A stretch of 64,000 nt of DNA from Octopus bimaculoides (taxonomy: Eukaryota). Where the stretch lies: positions 68,684,483-68,748,482 of the forward strand of contig NC_068990.1 of assembly GCF_001194135.2 (NCBI RefSeq). Direction: 5' to 3'. Positions 11,938 to 25,871 of the stretch are shown piece after piece (the first letter of the stretch is position 1; each line of letters starts with the position of its first letter). The position numbers and the translations under genes were made by a program. A model generated the notes under the pieces. That model was not told the origin of the DNA and did no database searches. It saw only the letters and a list, made by a program, of their open reading frames with translations.

Positions 11938-13976
11938 TACGATGCATTGGTATTCGTTATTAATCACAATATCATTGTACATATTTTTATCCTATTTACA
12001 TTTATGTGTAGTGAAAAATTGAGGCAATTTAATTCACATTATTGTCACCCTTTTGATGCTAATCGAACGAAAGAAGTATATTCTTTGTTATATATAACAC
12101 GCAGAGCGAAGCTAGCATATATGTTGATATATAACAGCATTATAATATTAGTACTCCCTGTGTTAAAATTAGTGTTATTTATATTAAAGCTTTAGGCACA
12201 CATACACAAATGTTTCCTCATAATTTCCAAACGAATGGATACTTTTCAGAGAAATTTTCTACATATATGTTTCGTATGGTGTAGAGTTTGACTTTGTATT
12301 GAAAAAAATGTTTTTGAGAAAGTGGGGAAAGGAATTTCAGAAAACTCACACGGGTATTTTTATACGAAAATTTCGACAACTACCTTTCATAGCGTGTAGA
12401 TTACGATTATATCGGAATTTAATATGAAAATAAAAAGTGGTAGAATTTATAGCTTAGAATACAATTTCAATAAATTGAGTATTTGTTTGAAAACGGCCTT
12501 TAGTACATGAACTTCTAACTTGATTAGTGAAAAAAACTTCATTGCCATTGGCTTATTTCGTAGATTTCCCATATTTCACAGTAGAAATTTTCATATACAT
12601 AGTTACAGTGAAAGTAGACATCCGGAACTGAGGATTCAAAATATTTCATTCAGTACGTCTATGTACATTTATCACAAATCTCTTCATCACTGATCCAGGA
12701 TAACATGGTGTGCTTATTTTGAACCGTGTTGCAATTATCAGAAATCAGTCACAAATACTGCGTGGATTACAAAAGTGCGCCCCAGCAACCATCCAGGATA
12801 ACTTGGTGGGTCACTGATTTATTCACCACGGTGGTTTTTGTTTTCTGATGGGTGGGGGCGACCAAAAACCTGCAATAAACGGATATATTTAAATGTTTTG
12901 ATTTCAAATCGATTTTGTTTCTTTTTCTGTCTTCGAAGACGATTACTAAATCCCATTTGATATTTTTGTTATTGTTTATTCCCAGATCTGTCTATGACCA
13001 AAGTGTTTTGATTGACTGATTATGAAATCTAATTTTAGAAGCTGTGTGCCCTAGTCTACCCTATGTAATGCGTCAATTTTTAAAGCAGACTGATAAACAT
13101 TCAGGGAGATTCGGCTATTCTTTTTATCATAGAAGCTCTATTATTGATGCAATAGAAATATACTTCATCCATATTTGCTTCTCTCTTACGTTTAATAGTT
13201 TTACTTTAAAAAAACATAGAAATTCGATGTTTCCATTTAAACTACTGGCACAAACAACTACATCGCAATTTTAAAATTTTAAAAATTTCAAAGGTTGTTT
13301 CTGTGCCACTAACTTCAGTAAATATCAAACTTTGCAACAACCGGATGTTTCACGTGCTGTTAAAATTATTCATTTCACTAACAGGAAATTGCACAAGCTA
13401 CTAAAATATGCACCAATATGGCGTTTAGCTAAACAAGCTTGTTTTATTTTAGTAATTTTTCAAACAAACACTCTTTCTCATATTCATTTCGTTCCCTTCT
13501 CTTTAATCGTTACATGCATTTATTTTTCTTTCTTCTTTATCCCTCCTGTGTTTTAACCTAATTGTTTGTTTTTTCCTTTACCCTAGTCTTCTACAAAAAT
13601 GTGGCTGTTATTCGTGTTAAACCAGCTGTGACTTCCCTTCTCAACAATAACATCGGTAATGAAGGAGGCTGGAGATGGTCGCTCATAAATACTAGCCAAG
13701 TTTCCCTAAAATCCTACGCTACCGTTTCAAAATTAAAGCCCAATACATTGCATAATGTAGTTTACGTTATATTATTACTGACAGTGATAAAACTAAAGGT
13801 GATCATATTTGGAATTTCGTTGATTATAGGACTTTTCGATCACATAAAGTTGGGGTTAAAAAACAAAAGTAACATTACAGTAATATCTATAGATTTAGCA
13901 ACGTCTAAAAGGACGATCTACAGGTATTGTCTAAGGTACCATTATATTTGCAGCGTATCGCTATACGGTTGAAGCT

Positions 13977-14046
<70 letters not shown>

Positions 14047-14051
<5 letters not shown>

Positions 14052-14423
14052 TGATGTTCATAATGTGCAAGAAAAAAATACTCAACGAACAGCGTAGAGT
14101 GTGGTCATTATCAAGAGCCTAAATCCAGTTGCAACTGTCACAACCCAGGATCCTGTCCACTTGACCAACAATGTATCATGACTACATCTATCATATATGA
14201 GACAGGAGTTACTGTACTCTAAATAATAATACAACTGACAAGACGAACCTATATTAGATTATGTGAAGGGGAATTTAAAAATCACTATGCCAGTCACATA
14301 GGCTCCTTCCGACATAGGTACAATGGTAAAGCTACTAAGTTAGCTAGCTACGTATGGACCTTGAAAGATAACGAAACACCGCATGTGATTAAATGGAAAG
14401 TAATTGAGAAACCCATACCTTAT
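14047..14423 (+). mobile_element. Penelope-like GIY-YIG endonuclease fragment
   Basis: Translates to KKILN..SCNCHNPGSCPLDQQC..SIIYETGVT and, after a frameshift, TYIRLCEGEFKNHYASHIGSFRH..ATKLASYVWTLKD..IKWKVIEKPIPY. Confidence 0.85.
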
Positions 14424-14849
14424 GTGACACGTATTGTGTCCTTTAAATAGATTATATATGTGTTTTTGTGTGTTTGTACGTATGTGTATATGTGTGCGTG
14501 CGAGGGGGAGAGAGAGTGACTAGAGTATAAAAATAGTGCGTTTTTGAAGAAATGAATATACAGAGCCTCGTTGCGAACTTATACCGGTAGTTACCCAACA
14601 AAATCTTTTCTGCAAATTGCAATGTTTATGGAAATGACTGGCTTTGTTACTTTTATAATTTTTCTGGATCGACTCAAGTAACATTCCCAAAAACGGAAGA
14701 TGGTTTACCGAATTGTGAACGAAAATTGTGAACTCATTTACATAATGATTTGAAGTCGTGTCCTGGCATTAATAATTCAGCGCATGTTTCAGCCGTCACC
14801 TAACAGATCATGTTGCTTTATAATCATCATCATCAACTCTTGTTCGTTA

Positions 14850-15085
14850 CTGTCTCAAGTCCTTAGATTCCTAGGGTTGCTTAACTGGTTTCTGAGGCCT
14901 ATAAGTGGCTGAGAATACAAAAATTCCCTTAAACGGAACATCAGTCCGTCACAGGTTGTCTAAACTGGTTGTATCAACATAAAATGAGGTGTTTTGTTGA
15001 AGGACACAAACGCACCACCCGGTCCGGGTATGAAAACGATGATCTCGTGATCGTGAGTACAACACCCTAACCACTAGCTCACGTA
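14850..15085 (-). mobile_element. tRNA(His-like)-headed SINE
   Basis: Minus strand GCTAGTGGTTAGGGTGTTGTACTCACGATCACGAG..CCCGGACCGGG..TGTGTCCTTCAACAAAACAC; same family as 28278, 40780, 52715 and 63580. Confidence 0.7.
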
Positions 15086-15984
15086 CCTTTACAAACATGA
15101 GAATTCTTATTAGGTTTAGCTTACAGTTCTCGGTTCAATTCCTGACAAGGTTAATTTAGATGAAATCCTGTTCCTGTTCGATTTGTGGAAAGTAGTAAAA
15201 GTATAGAGCAAGGAAAGTTATTTGTTACCGTTGACAAAGCTATTCTGCTAATAAAACCATACCGGTGAGATTCTGATGATAGAGGAATGCTATGATATAT
15301 AACTGCAGAACAGAGAAACATTACCTATATCATTTATCTATCAATAAACGAACATCTCCTCTGAATTATCCGCAAATATTCTAGCCTAAATTAAAATATC
15401 TGGTATTGGAAATAGTTTTCCAGCATTTAGAAATTGGTTATTAAGACTAAAGTGGGGTTTACCTCTGAGGATAACCTTGTATAGAATACGCTGGATGCAA
15501 ATGGATGTACAGTGAGTCGAGCATATCTAAACATTCTATGTGTATTTAGAGACAAAACGCGACGTAATGTATACAAAAATGGAGTTGACAATATGCTTGC
15601 TGCTGGAATTAGCTATAAGTCCCAACTATTCAAACGAATACTTAATATATGTCGATACAGTTGACTACTGTTCCATTACATCAAGTTTTCTGCTGACGAA
15701 GAAGTCACCACATGGAGTATGAAGGAAGAATGTTTTGGAAGAGAAATTTGTTTATTTAGTACGATGTTGACTGACACGTTTACTGATGGCTTTAATGATG
15801 TGTGAAAATCTAAATTAATGAAAGAGTAGCTAAGTCTAATAATTAAATATCAGTATTTACGTTATGTATTGAGTACGTTTTTTTTATATAAAAATAGCTT
15901 CATAGCATAATGCCGTTCATACTCAATTGCACACACATACACGCACACACAGACACACACACGCACGCACACGCACGCACAAAC

Positions 15985-16059
<75 letters not shown>

Positions 16060-16174
16060 CCTATGCATATACATAAATACACGCAGATATGATTATGTTA
16101 TATGTATAAATATATATATACATATATACGCATGTGCACACATGTATCTCTCTCTATCTTTCAGTCTCTTTCTT

Positions 16175-16217
<43 letters not shown>

Positions 16218-17040
16218 GAATAGAAATATATGTAACTCCCAATAGATGTCTTGAGTGCCCTTTCTTTCGTTTGTCCACTCACTCAAAAATGTATGTGTGT
16301 GTTTAAATGTATGTGTAACGATATGTATGTTCTGAAACAGACAAGTCGCCCAGCCCCAATGACTGCAATATGTGAATATGTGCAGAGTTTCTATCAGTCG
16401 AATACAAAACAAGCATTTCTTCTTCAGCTGTCCAGTATAGCGACTATAATGAATGACCAAGGGAATTAGGTCAATGTACAATGTTAATGGAGAGAAAAGA
16501 AAGATATTAAAGCAAGCAATAACGAAACATTATTTATATTTTTATCTATCGACATCTGAAAACCGAAACAGATCACAAACATTGCAAAAGTATGTCAGCC
16601 GATAAGTTTAAAATGTTATTTAGTATCGTTGTAACATCGTTTACTCACTCACAGTCTTACCCTTCCTCTGATGATCAATAAATAGAAAATGGACAATGTA
16701 AAAACCGGACATAAACTAAAGCGTTTGTATAATGAAGAAAATGCTCACTATGATGATAAAAACGGTTGCCTGAAGTTTGACTGCTCCAAAGTTAAATATT
16801 GATTTCTTTGGAACTCGATGGTAAAGCAACATTTTGTCAGGGAAATGGTCGCAATGTTTGAATCGATTGCAGCATAATACTGGTATATGTACCAAATTAA
16901 GTATCGATTCCCTTTTGCATGTTTATAAGTTTACAAAAATCAAGGCAAAAAAAATAGTGAAATACCCAAAGGGACCAAGTCTGAGACTCTGCACCTTCCA
17001 CTCTCTCAACACGGAAAAGTTAGATATTGTTTTCTTTTTT

Positions 17041-17120
<80 letters not shown>

Positions 17121-17774
17121 TACGTATGCACATATATACAGACGCACATTATATAGAAGAAGTGTTAGTATAGACGATTGCCTCATCTCTATTAAATTTC
17201 TAGTAATTCTTTTATCGACATTCACGAGATTTCATTAGAAAGTTGTGCAGCAAAGAACGACGTTCTACAGAAGTAAATTTGATTGCAGAATTGTATAAAA
17301 AATAACGTTATTCACACTTCTGCCAAAGTTAAGTATTATGGAAGAGCGTTACAATTCCTGAAACATACAATGACTGTTGAACACATTGACTATTTCGGGT
17401 AATATTTGTATTGGCTGGTATAACAATGTTTATTGTTAAAACATTTTATTCTCAGCTAGATATAGTAAATTATCTGGTGGGGAGAATTTTTGTATTGAAA
17501 TGGGTGATCGAGCAGGGGGAACTCGATTTTTGCATTGAAAGCTTGCAACATAGTGAGCACTAATGAAGGAACCAAGAACTAGATTTGGCCTATTAAACAA
17601 TAGAACAGGTTAGGTATTGTGTTAGTACCAAACAGCGTCTTAAACTGATAACAATGTTTTGTTTAATATCTGATAATTTCCAGATAATCTCCCTTCCTAT
17701 TTCTAGTTCAAATAGGATTGAGTTGTTATTCTTCACAAATCCTCTCTACCTAATCATAATAGCGCAGATAAACG

Positions 17775-17856
17775 TTTGCTGGCTGGCTGGCTGGTTGGTT
17801 GGTTGGTTGGCTGGTTGGTTGGTTGGTTGGTTGGTTTGTTGGTTAATTGGTTGGAT
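17775..17856. repeat. (CTGG)n/(TTGG)n tetranucleotide repeat
   Basis: Directly visible. Confidence 0.9.
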
Positions 17857-18958
17857 CATCATATATATATAGAGAGAGAAGAGAAATACAGAGAGAGTCA
17901 ACATAAGAGGTACAGCATGCGTGCACATACGAGGCTCGGTGGCAGGCAATGCGTAAAGGAACACTGTACATAGAGTAAAAGAGAAAGAACCATAGAGACA
18001 GAGGAAGAGGGAAGAGAGGGTAATTGATTGGGTAGTTACAAAATATTCGTTTCATTTAATTTTATTTTGGAGTATTGAATATTTTTCGTTTGAAAACTAG
18101 GATTCATCTAATCCTTTTCTCATAAACACCAAGTAATTCGATACAAGTTAAATTATAATTATTATATGTATGCTCTATTTCCTAATTTCACTTATGGTGA
18201 CAAAAGTATATTTCAAAGTTACTCGTCATATGACGGGTAACACTGAGGTTGATTTATATTCATCAAAAACCATCGTGCTATGTCGGTTTTCTTTCTTTTT
18301 TTTTCTTTTTATTGTATCACTTTCTCCTCCGTTCTTCCATTTCTCTTTTTAAAACGTTAGTTTTCTGTTATACTCCCTACGCGAGCGCCATAGTGTTTGT
18401 TTAGTTGTGTTGGACAGACGATCGTTCGGTCGTGGATTGGATTCTATGTCATATTTCTTTAGTCCACTCGGATGAAAAGGAGCGAGAGTGACAGCTGGAA
18501 AACACCACCTCCAAACAAACTGTAGTCCCGTTCAGAGAATAATTTTCTGTGCTCAGCCACTAAAACGCCTCAGAAATAGGAGACAATTTCGAGCTAATAA
18601 GCCTGCAGACACCAGTCACATTTTAGCTTCTAATATTTTATAAATCTTATACACACTTCTTCTTACAATTTTCCAGAAATTTCTGGATGCACATTCTTTT
18701 GACACGTCAGCAGACTCTTATTCCGTTCTTTCTTGTCAACTATAATAGATAATCTTCTATCACTTTAAAAAAAAAATCCCGTTTCTACGTTTTGTATATT
18801 GATTAAATTAAATCTATTTCCTATTCAGCTTCATTCAGTATAAACCAATTACAAAAACCCAGCAGAAATGCTCAGAGCAATGGAATGAAGGATTATATTT
18901 GGGTTTAAGTAACATTTATACTAAATCTCACATGTCTTAACAAATACGTTCTGATATG

Positions 18959-19026
<68 letters not shown>

Positions 19027-19892
19027 CAGACAGATAGATAGATAGATATACATGAAATGTATATATAATTATAAGCACAATAAACATCAACATGATACAA
19101 ATGTGCGTGTGTATAGATGTATCCATGTATGTATGTATGTATGTATGTGCGTATAGACATATATGTTCCTCTTCGACACATCTACAGGTTGAGTGGGAAC
19201 AGGGGACGTAAAAGCTGAGAGACTGGATCCCGAAAGCGCATCAAAGAAATTGAGGACGACGATGAACAAGATGGACATATGAAATGAATAAGTCTAACAA
19301 AATACTGGCGACCAAACATATATATCTGAAAGTTATGGAGATTTAGAGACGGAAAACCTTTACTCTGTTATACGAGAACAGTAGGTAAATGTGATCGATT
19401 GATAGATTATTTCTTTTCGTTCATCAATGTTTTTGGATCAATCGGGATTGATTTTCAGCTTTTCGCAAAAGTTAAATAAATGCCAGTATAATACTGATAC
19501 AAACGTCAATAGAAGCTCATCTATAAAATTTTCTCTTGTTCTGAATGTAAACAAAATCAATGAGGTTGAATTAACCTTAAAATTAGTTATATAAGCATCC
19601 TGAGATCAAGATCAATTGTATATCACGTGATCATTATTTATTTATTTTGCATTCAAGATTTAAATTGACTTTCTAAAAGGTAGAAATAAAACTAAAGTGA
19701 ATACTTCAAACAAGAAATAGATGCAAAGCCAGGTTCAAATTTCCATATATAGATACGTGGGCTCACTTTTTCTCTGTCAGTATATTTGTGTGTGTGTATG
19801 TACATTTATACACTCAAACCCACACATGCATGCATATACAAAATATATACATATATGCTTTATATACATACGTAAGTGTGTAAATATAAATG

Positions 19893-19930
<38 letters not shown>

Positions 19931-20313
19931 TATATATATATATATATATANNNNNNNNNNNNNNNNNNNNNNNNNNNNNNNNNNNNNNNNNNNNNNNNNN
20001 NNNNNNNNNNNNNNNNNNNNNNNNNNNNNNNNNNNNNNNNNNNNNNNNNNNNNNNNNNNNNNNNNNNNNNNNNNNNNNNNNNNNNNNNNNNNNNNNNNNN
20101 NNNNNNNNNNNNNNNNNNNNNNNNNNNNNNNNNNNNNNNNNNNNNNNNNNNNNNNNNNNNNNNNNNNNNNNNNNNNNNNNNNNNNNNNNNNNNNNNNNNN
20201 NNNNNNNNNNNNNNNNNNNNNNNNNNNNNNNNNNNNNNNNNNNNNNNNNNNNNNNNNNNNNNNNNNNNNNNNNNNNNNNNNNNNNNNNNNNNNNNNNNNN
20301 NNNNNNNNNNNNN

Positions 20314-20350
<37 letters not shown>

Positions 20351-20351
<1 letters not shown>

Positions 20352-21091
20352 CTAGCTGACGTACCCGGTAATTCCCGGGAAAGCGGGGTTTATCCCTTAG
20401 TTTCGTTCTCATAATTGTTTTGCTAATATAATAACAACAATACAAAGTACGGTTTTTGTGCATTTATAGAGAATACCGAACTCTCTTACACAGGATCTTG
20501 TTTTCAGGAATTCCCAATAAGTTATGAATACCCAAATTGTGAAGTCAGTTATGTAATAACAAGGAATTAGTAACTCGATACTAAGAATTCAAATAAAGTA
20601 GCCCCGAAATGGGCTTTAATCCGTTCCCAGAGTATATAGAACATAAGAGGAAATACTAATAAGGTATGTATTCTAAAATCGTGAAGCATGTTACGTAATG
20701 ACAGGTTAATCAGATATGAGATAATAACAATTTAAAGTAAATAACTCTGAAAAGGCTTCCTACAGAATATTACTCTCAGAGGCGCTAGTGTTGGTATATT
20801 CGTGAATACGTCACTAACCGAAATAACTGGATTGTTTAGGAAAATACTATTTCATTTTTACTAAATAATTTAGGAAAATGAATGGGTTATTTCCCTTGAC
20901 TATATATAAGGATCCCTTCCAGGGGGCTATCATCGATTTTTTTTTAACAATCTGTGTATGGTATGAGGCTTCCAGACATGAGTTCTACTCACGTGTCAAG
21001 TTTCATCAAAATCGATAAAACGATGTAAGAGTTAGCTAATAACAACTCCACAAACACACCACAGACAGAATTTCCCACATATGTAGTAGAT
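20351..21091 (+). mobile_element. Non-autonomous Helitron-like (Lep1/HINE-type) element in a (TA)n tract
   Basis: Starts ACTAGCTGACGTACCCGG with a CCCGG/CCGGG subterminal hairpin. Ends AAGTTTCATCAAAATCG..ACAGACAGAATTTCC..TAGTAGAT. No TIR; AT-repeat flanks. The resemblance to Lep1-type termini is from memory. Confidence 0.5.
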
Positions 21092-21236
21092 ATGCATATA
21101 TATATGTATGTACGTACGTAAGTGCGCGTGTGTATGCGTATTAGTTTGCTCAAGTTAAAGAGTATTTATGCATACATGCAAACATGGATGCATATTTGCC
21201 TGCATGTGTACATTCCAATCCCATTANNNNNNNNNN

Positions 21237-21269
<33 letters not shown>

Positions 21270-21799
21270 GTATATATATATACGTGTGTCTGTGTCTGCG
21301 TGTGTACAGATTGATAGATAAATAGATATACAGATAGATACATGCATACATACATATGTATGTGTGTATATATATGTATGTACGTACGTAAGTGCGCGTG
21401 TGTATGCGTATTAGTTTGCTCAAGTTAAAGAGTATTTATGCATACATGCAAACATGGATGCATATTTGCCTGCATGTGTACATTCCAATCCCATTACTAT
21501 CGATGCGTTGCATTAATGAGATTCCAAAATATATATCACCTTTGGCTAATTACTGTCTCGAGAACTACTACCTGGCATAATAGTGACAAATTTGTTCACG
21601 AGCAAGGTGTTTTTCACAGTTGGAAAGGATTAAAAATTAACTGTTCATAACGACATTGCCCGAAAAAAGTGTGGATATGAAGAATTAGGAGAAGAGAAAA
21701 TGACAGACTTTCGAAGCCTAACACATTATCATCTCTGATTTTGACGGTCGAAATCAACAAAACAAATTATTTTTTAATAAGTTTCGCATGAATATATAC

Positions 21800-21957
21800 G
21801 AGCATCGCTGTGGTTGCTGAGCTAAGGACTTTCAATTTTACAACCACATTGTTTTGAGTTCGATTTCAGTGTGAGTCACTTTACACAAGTATTTTCTACT
21901 GTGGAACAAAGTATTGTGAATGAAGTTTTATACGCCAGCTTATACGATATATCTACA

Positions 21958-21960
<3 letters not shown>
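21800..21960 (+). mobile_element. CORE-like SINE 5' half, diverged
   Basis: GAGTTCGATTTC B box followed by ACAAGTATTTTCTACTGT. Confidence 0.5.
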
Positions 21961-22020
<60 letters not shown>

Positions 22021-22023
22021 CAG

Positions 22024-22200
22024 TTTCAAATTTTGGCACAAGGCCAGCAAGTTCAGAGGAGGGTGTAAGTCGATTACATCGGCCCCAATGTTAAACTGGT
22101 ACTTATTTGATGGACCCCGAAAGGATGAAAGGCAAAGTCGCCCGCAGCAGAGTTTAAACTCAAAACGTAAAGACGGACAAAAGACGGTAAAGCATTATGC
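22024..22200 (-). mobile_element. tRNA-headed SINE family A (GCCTTTCATCCTTTCGGGGTC body; Meta-domain-like)
   Basis: Plus strand TTTCAAATTTTGGCACAAGGCCAGCAA..GTCGATTACATC..CCCCGAAAGGATGAAAGGCAAAGTCG..AAACTCAAAACGTAAAG; at least 12 copies in the window. Confidence 0.85.
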
Positions 22201-24170
22201 CCCTTTTCCCCAATACTGATTGTATTTCACTTGTTACAAGATAGATTAATAATGCACAAGATAAAGAAACTGTGTTTGATATAATCGCATAAAGGTCTTA
22301 TGGATTTACGTCCCATCATCGCCACGGGTATTGTTTAAGTAGAAGATCATTTATGAATATCACATTGTTTGAATATTTTAGTTACGTCCTTAATAGTTTA
22401 GTCTAATATGAAGGTTTCCTGAAGTTTATTGACTTTAAGAATTTTATCGTTTGTTATTCTACTTCTGGCATTGTACACAAAATCTATGACACCTGGTAGA
22501 TAAACTATACATAATCACAGAAAATATTTATTACACAAAACAACAATAGGCGTACATGGACTCCCCAAACATCAACTATCAGCATTCTATAAATGTTGTG
22601 TAAGATCCAGTAACACCCACACTTCTGCGTGGTTGCCCCTCTCGCTGGAAATATCAAATAAATACATGTCCCTCAAATTACTACATATTTGCCAGTATGG
22701 TTGTCTAATCAGATGAAAATACTAGTTATATCTATTTCAAATCACACCTTTTAAAACAAAAGAGGTCATATTAAGTCTCAGACCACATTTAAAAACTCGA
22801 ATGGTCAGGTTAGGTATCTTTGATTACTGGGTCTACTCGATCAGATTTCATCAGAGATTAAACAATAACAACGATGACTACAACAATGACTACAACATTT
22901 ATGAACGTCTGCTCGCGTGTCTGTTACAAATAGTAGCCAAAGCTCATTGAAACTATACCCTACCGTCTAAAAAGAGGAAGATTACATTGACGTACGTGTT
23001 CTTAGATATACTATGCTTGGAAAATATCAAGCAATATCAACCACAACCGTTGTGCTTAAGTGAAATCTAATTCAGAAATATCCGATGCTACCTAAAACTG
23101 TAGATTATTTCTAGTATTGTATGTATTCTAAATACTGACTGACCTTTCTATGACCAATAGTATCCATGTATGGGTAAAATATATCATTGATTTGTGAGAA
23201 GGAACTTACCGTGGGCAGAAGGAGGAAAATAGACTCTATCACGGTGTGATTTGAACTATGAAATTTAAGAACTGTAGTAACATAGTAACATGGCAGATAT
23301 ATTATCTAAAGCCCATACGATTTGGGCAATCCACTGCCCATAAAACTACATATCGTCGTTTTACACAGATGCTGTGATAAAAATGTACTGAAGAATATAC
23401 ATAGATAATTGAAGCTGTAGACACTCGATTCTTTTAACTATTGTATTTATGTATTTATGAGAGATAAATTAGAGAAAATGGTTGATTGTTAAATAATGCT
23501 CTAGGCACTCTTTCTAGGTAACTGCTATCATGATAGAAAAAATGTAATATAACGAATTGTTGAATGATTGAGTCGCTGATACTCGCTGACGGCTGTATTG
23601 TAATAATATGCTGAATAGTATATCAACTAGCATTAAGTACAGCTGTTAGAGAAGCGATTGCAATATGAGCAGTATCATAAAGACGTTGGATTAAACTTGC
23701 AATAAGTAATGGTGGGACAGACTGAAACTCACTCGTGTAACAGTTTGAAAATTACGTTAGCATCATATTAATATTAATGAATTAAGCAATTGGTCAATCG
23801 ATTAGTCTATATAAGTCCTTTCATTACAGTCTGTGACCCTATCAACGACTGTGTGCCCTCAAGCACCTCTTTCACCTCTGTACTTATTGTATGTTTACTG
23901 TCTATATGTTTCTATTTGCAATACAATCCTCCAAAACTACAAATATATCAAACATATTTCCTATGAAGGACCTTGAGAAAAACGTACAAAATATTAACAT
24001 TTTGTATTTGAATTTTGTAAAATAAACCAGGTTCATGTGCTGACAAAGGTTTCCTGTTCGAGACGCTAAATCTCTTACCTACGGTTCATGGACTATATTT
24101 TACGAATGTTAACGCTCACTGTGGCTTAGACTCAGGTCAGCTTTGATCACGCACAGATCTGATCACAAGG

Positions 24171-24836
24171 TTTTCAAACCATGGCCATACCGTATGTTTT
24201 CTTGAGATTCTTCTCCGATATGCAATATACCAAGTATCACATTATCCATTGAATCTATTGCTTTCTTTTAAAAGTAGTAAGATGTTATTTCAAAAGTATT
24301 AAGCTTCTAACTCTAGTAGGTCGATTAACTACATTGAAACTGACATAAACAGTTAATGGGTATAGAGCTGAACTTGTATGTTATGTCATATAATACAGTG
24401 AATAAAGCTCTTAGTTCAAATCCAACCATCAACATATTCGATGACGATGACGTTTCATCGAATGTGAATATGTTTATCGCTGTTGTATTTCGTTAAAGGA
24501 GAGTTTTCAAACCATGGCCATACTGTATGTTTTCTTGAGATTTTTCTCCGATATGCAATATACCAAGTATCACATTATCCATTGAATCTGTTGCTTTCTG
24601 TTAAAGGTAGTAAGATGTTATTTCAAAAGTATTAAGCTTCTAACTCTAGTAGGTCGATTAACTACATTGAAACTGACATAAACAGTTAATGGGTATAGAG
24701 CTGAACTTGTATGTTATGTCATATAATACACTGAATAAAGCTCTTAGTTCAAATCCAACCATCAACATATTCGATGACGATGACGTTTCATCGAATGTGA
24801 ATATGTTTATCGCTGTTGTATTTCGTTAAAGGAGAG
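24171..24836. repeat. 333-bp tandem duplication (2 copies, about 6 mismatches)
   Basis: Copies 24171-24503 and 24504-24836 both begin TTTTCAAACCATGGCCATAC and end GTTAAAGGAGAG. Confidence 0.95.
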
Positions 24837-25786
24837 CAAATCCTATTAGAGTAATTGGAACACCCGATATCTTGACAGAGTTGTATCCCTTCAGCCAAAT
24901 ATACCCCAGGCTAATTAATCTCACAGGATTTCGTAGCACCTGATTATAAATTCAACAAGCAAATTATTCAGCGCGAATCAGCAAATAATTTTGTTTTCTG
25001 AATTTATAAACTAGAGCACAAAACTCTCTTCAGATTCTTTAGTTTGGAGTAGCTCTGTCTGAGTAGACACAACGATGTCAAAAAACCTGGTGTCTCAAAG
25101 TCTCCTACCTCCAGTGAATCCATTGTGTTATGAATACACATTATTCTTAAAGAAAAATTGTTCTCCTTTGACGTAATACAACAGCGATCAGCATCTTCGC
25201 ATTCGAATTTGGCGGAACGTATTAAGAATGAATATGTATGCTGTCCTCCTGTTTCCCCATTCACGTACACTCACCGATTTATCATCTATATTCTGTATTT
25301 AATCATATCAATTATATACACTTCCTAATATATAGCGGAGTCTTTTCATCCCCAGAATAAAAAGTCTAGACATAAACTGTGCCAGCCTGAAATAAACTGG
25401 AAATATTTTTTAAAAAGCGGTTTAAATACGGGGCAGGTTTAGATACTCCCAAACTATATCAACTTGTAGAGGTCATATACAAGGAAGTGCTAATAGCGAA
25501 TAAAATTGTGCATCAAGACGCGTAACAATTCCGCGGGTCGCGGGAAGGTTTGTCTTTGAGAACTTCAAAAATACGCCATTAATTATCAAATGTCCAAACA
25601 TTTATTAATAAATATTGGAAATCCAGTGCCATTATTACAATGGCTGACTGTCTTTAATTCTTCAAATTAAAATATAATGATTAATATTTCAGCCTAATCA
25701 TATGCGTAAATTTAAATTGATATTTAAGGATTATTAGAAAATAACCCACTTCTACAAATTATATAAATATCATTTTAAATGATATT

Positions 25787-25871
<85 letters not shown>

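Noticed and set aside
19188-19290. Acidic peptide SRKRIKEIEDDDEQDGHMK after a good acceptor
   Set aside because: All three frames from the acceptor hit a stop before this peptide.
21092-21497. Identical ~130-bp segments either side of a short N-gap
   Set aside because: Perfect identity flanking a gap indicates overlapping contig ends (assembly artefact).
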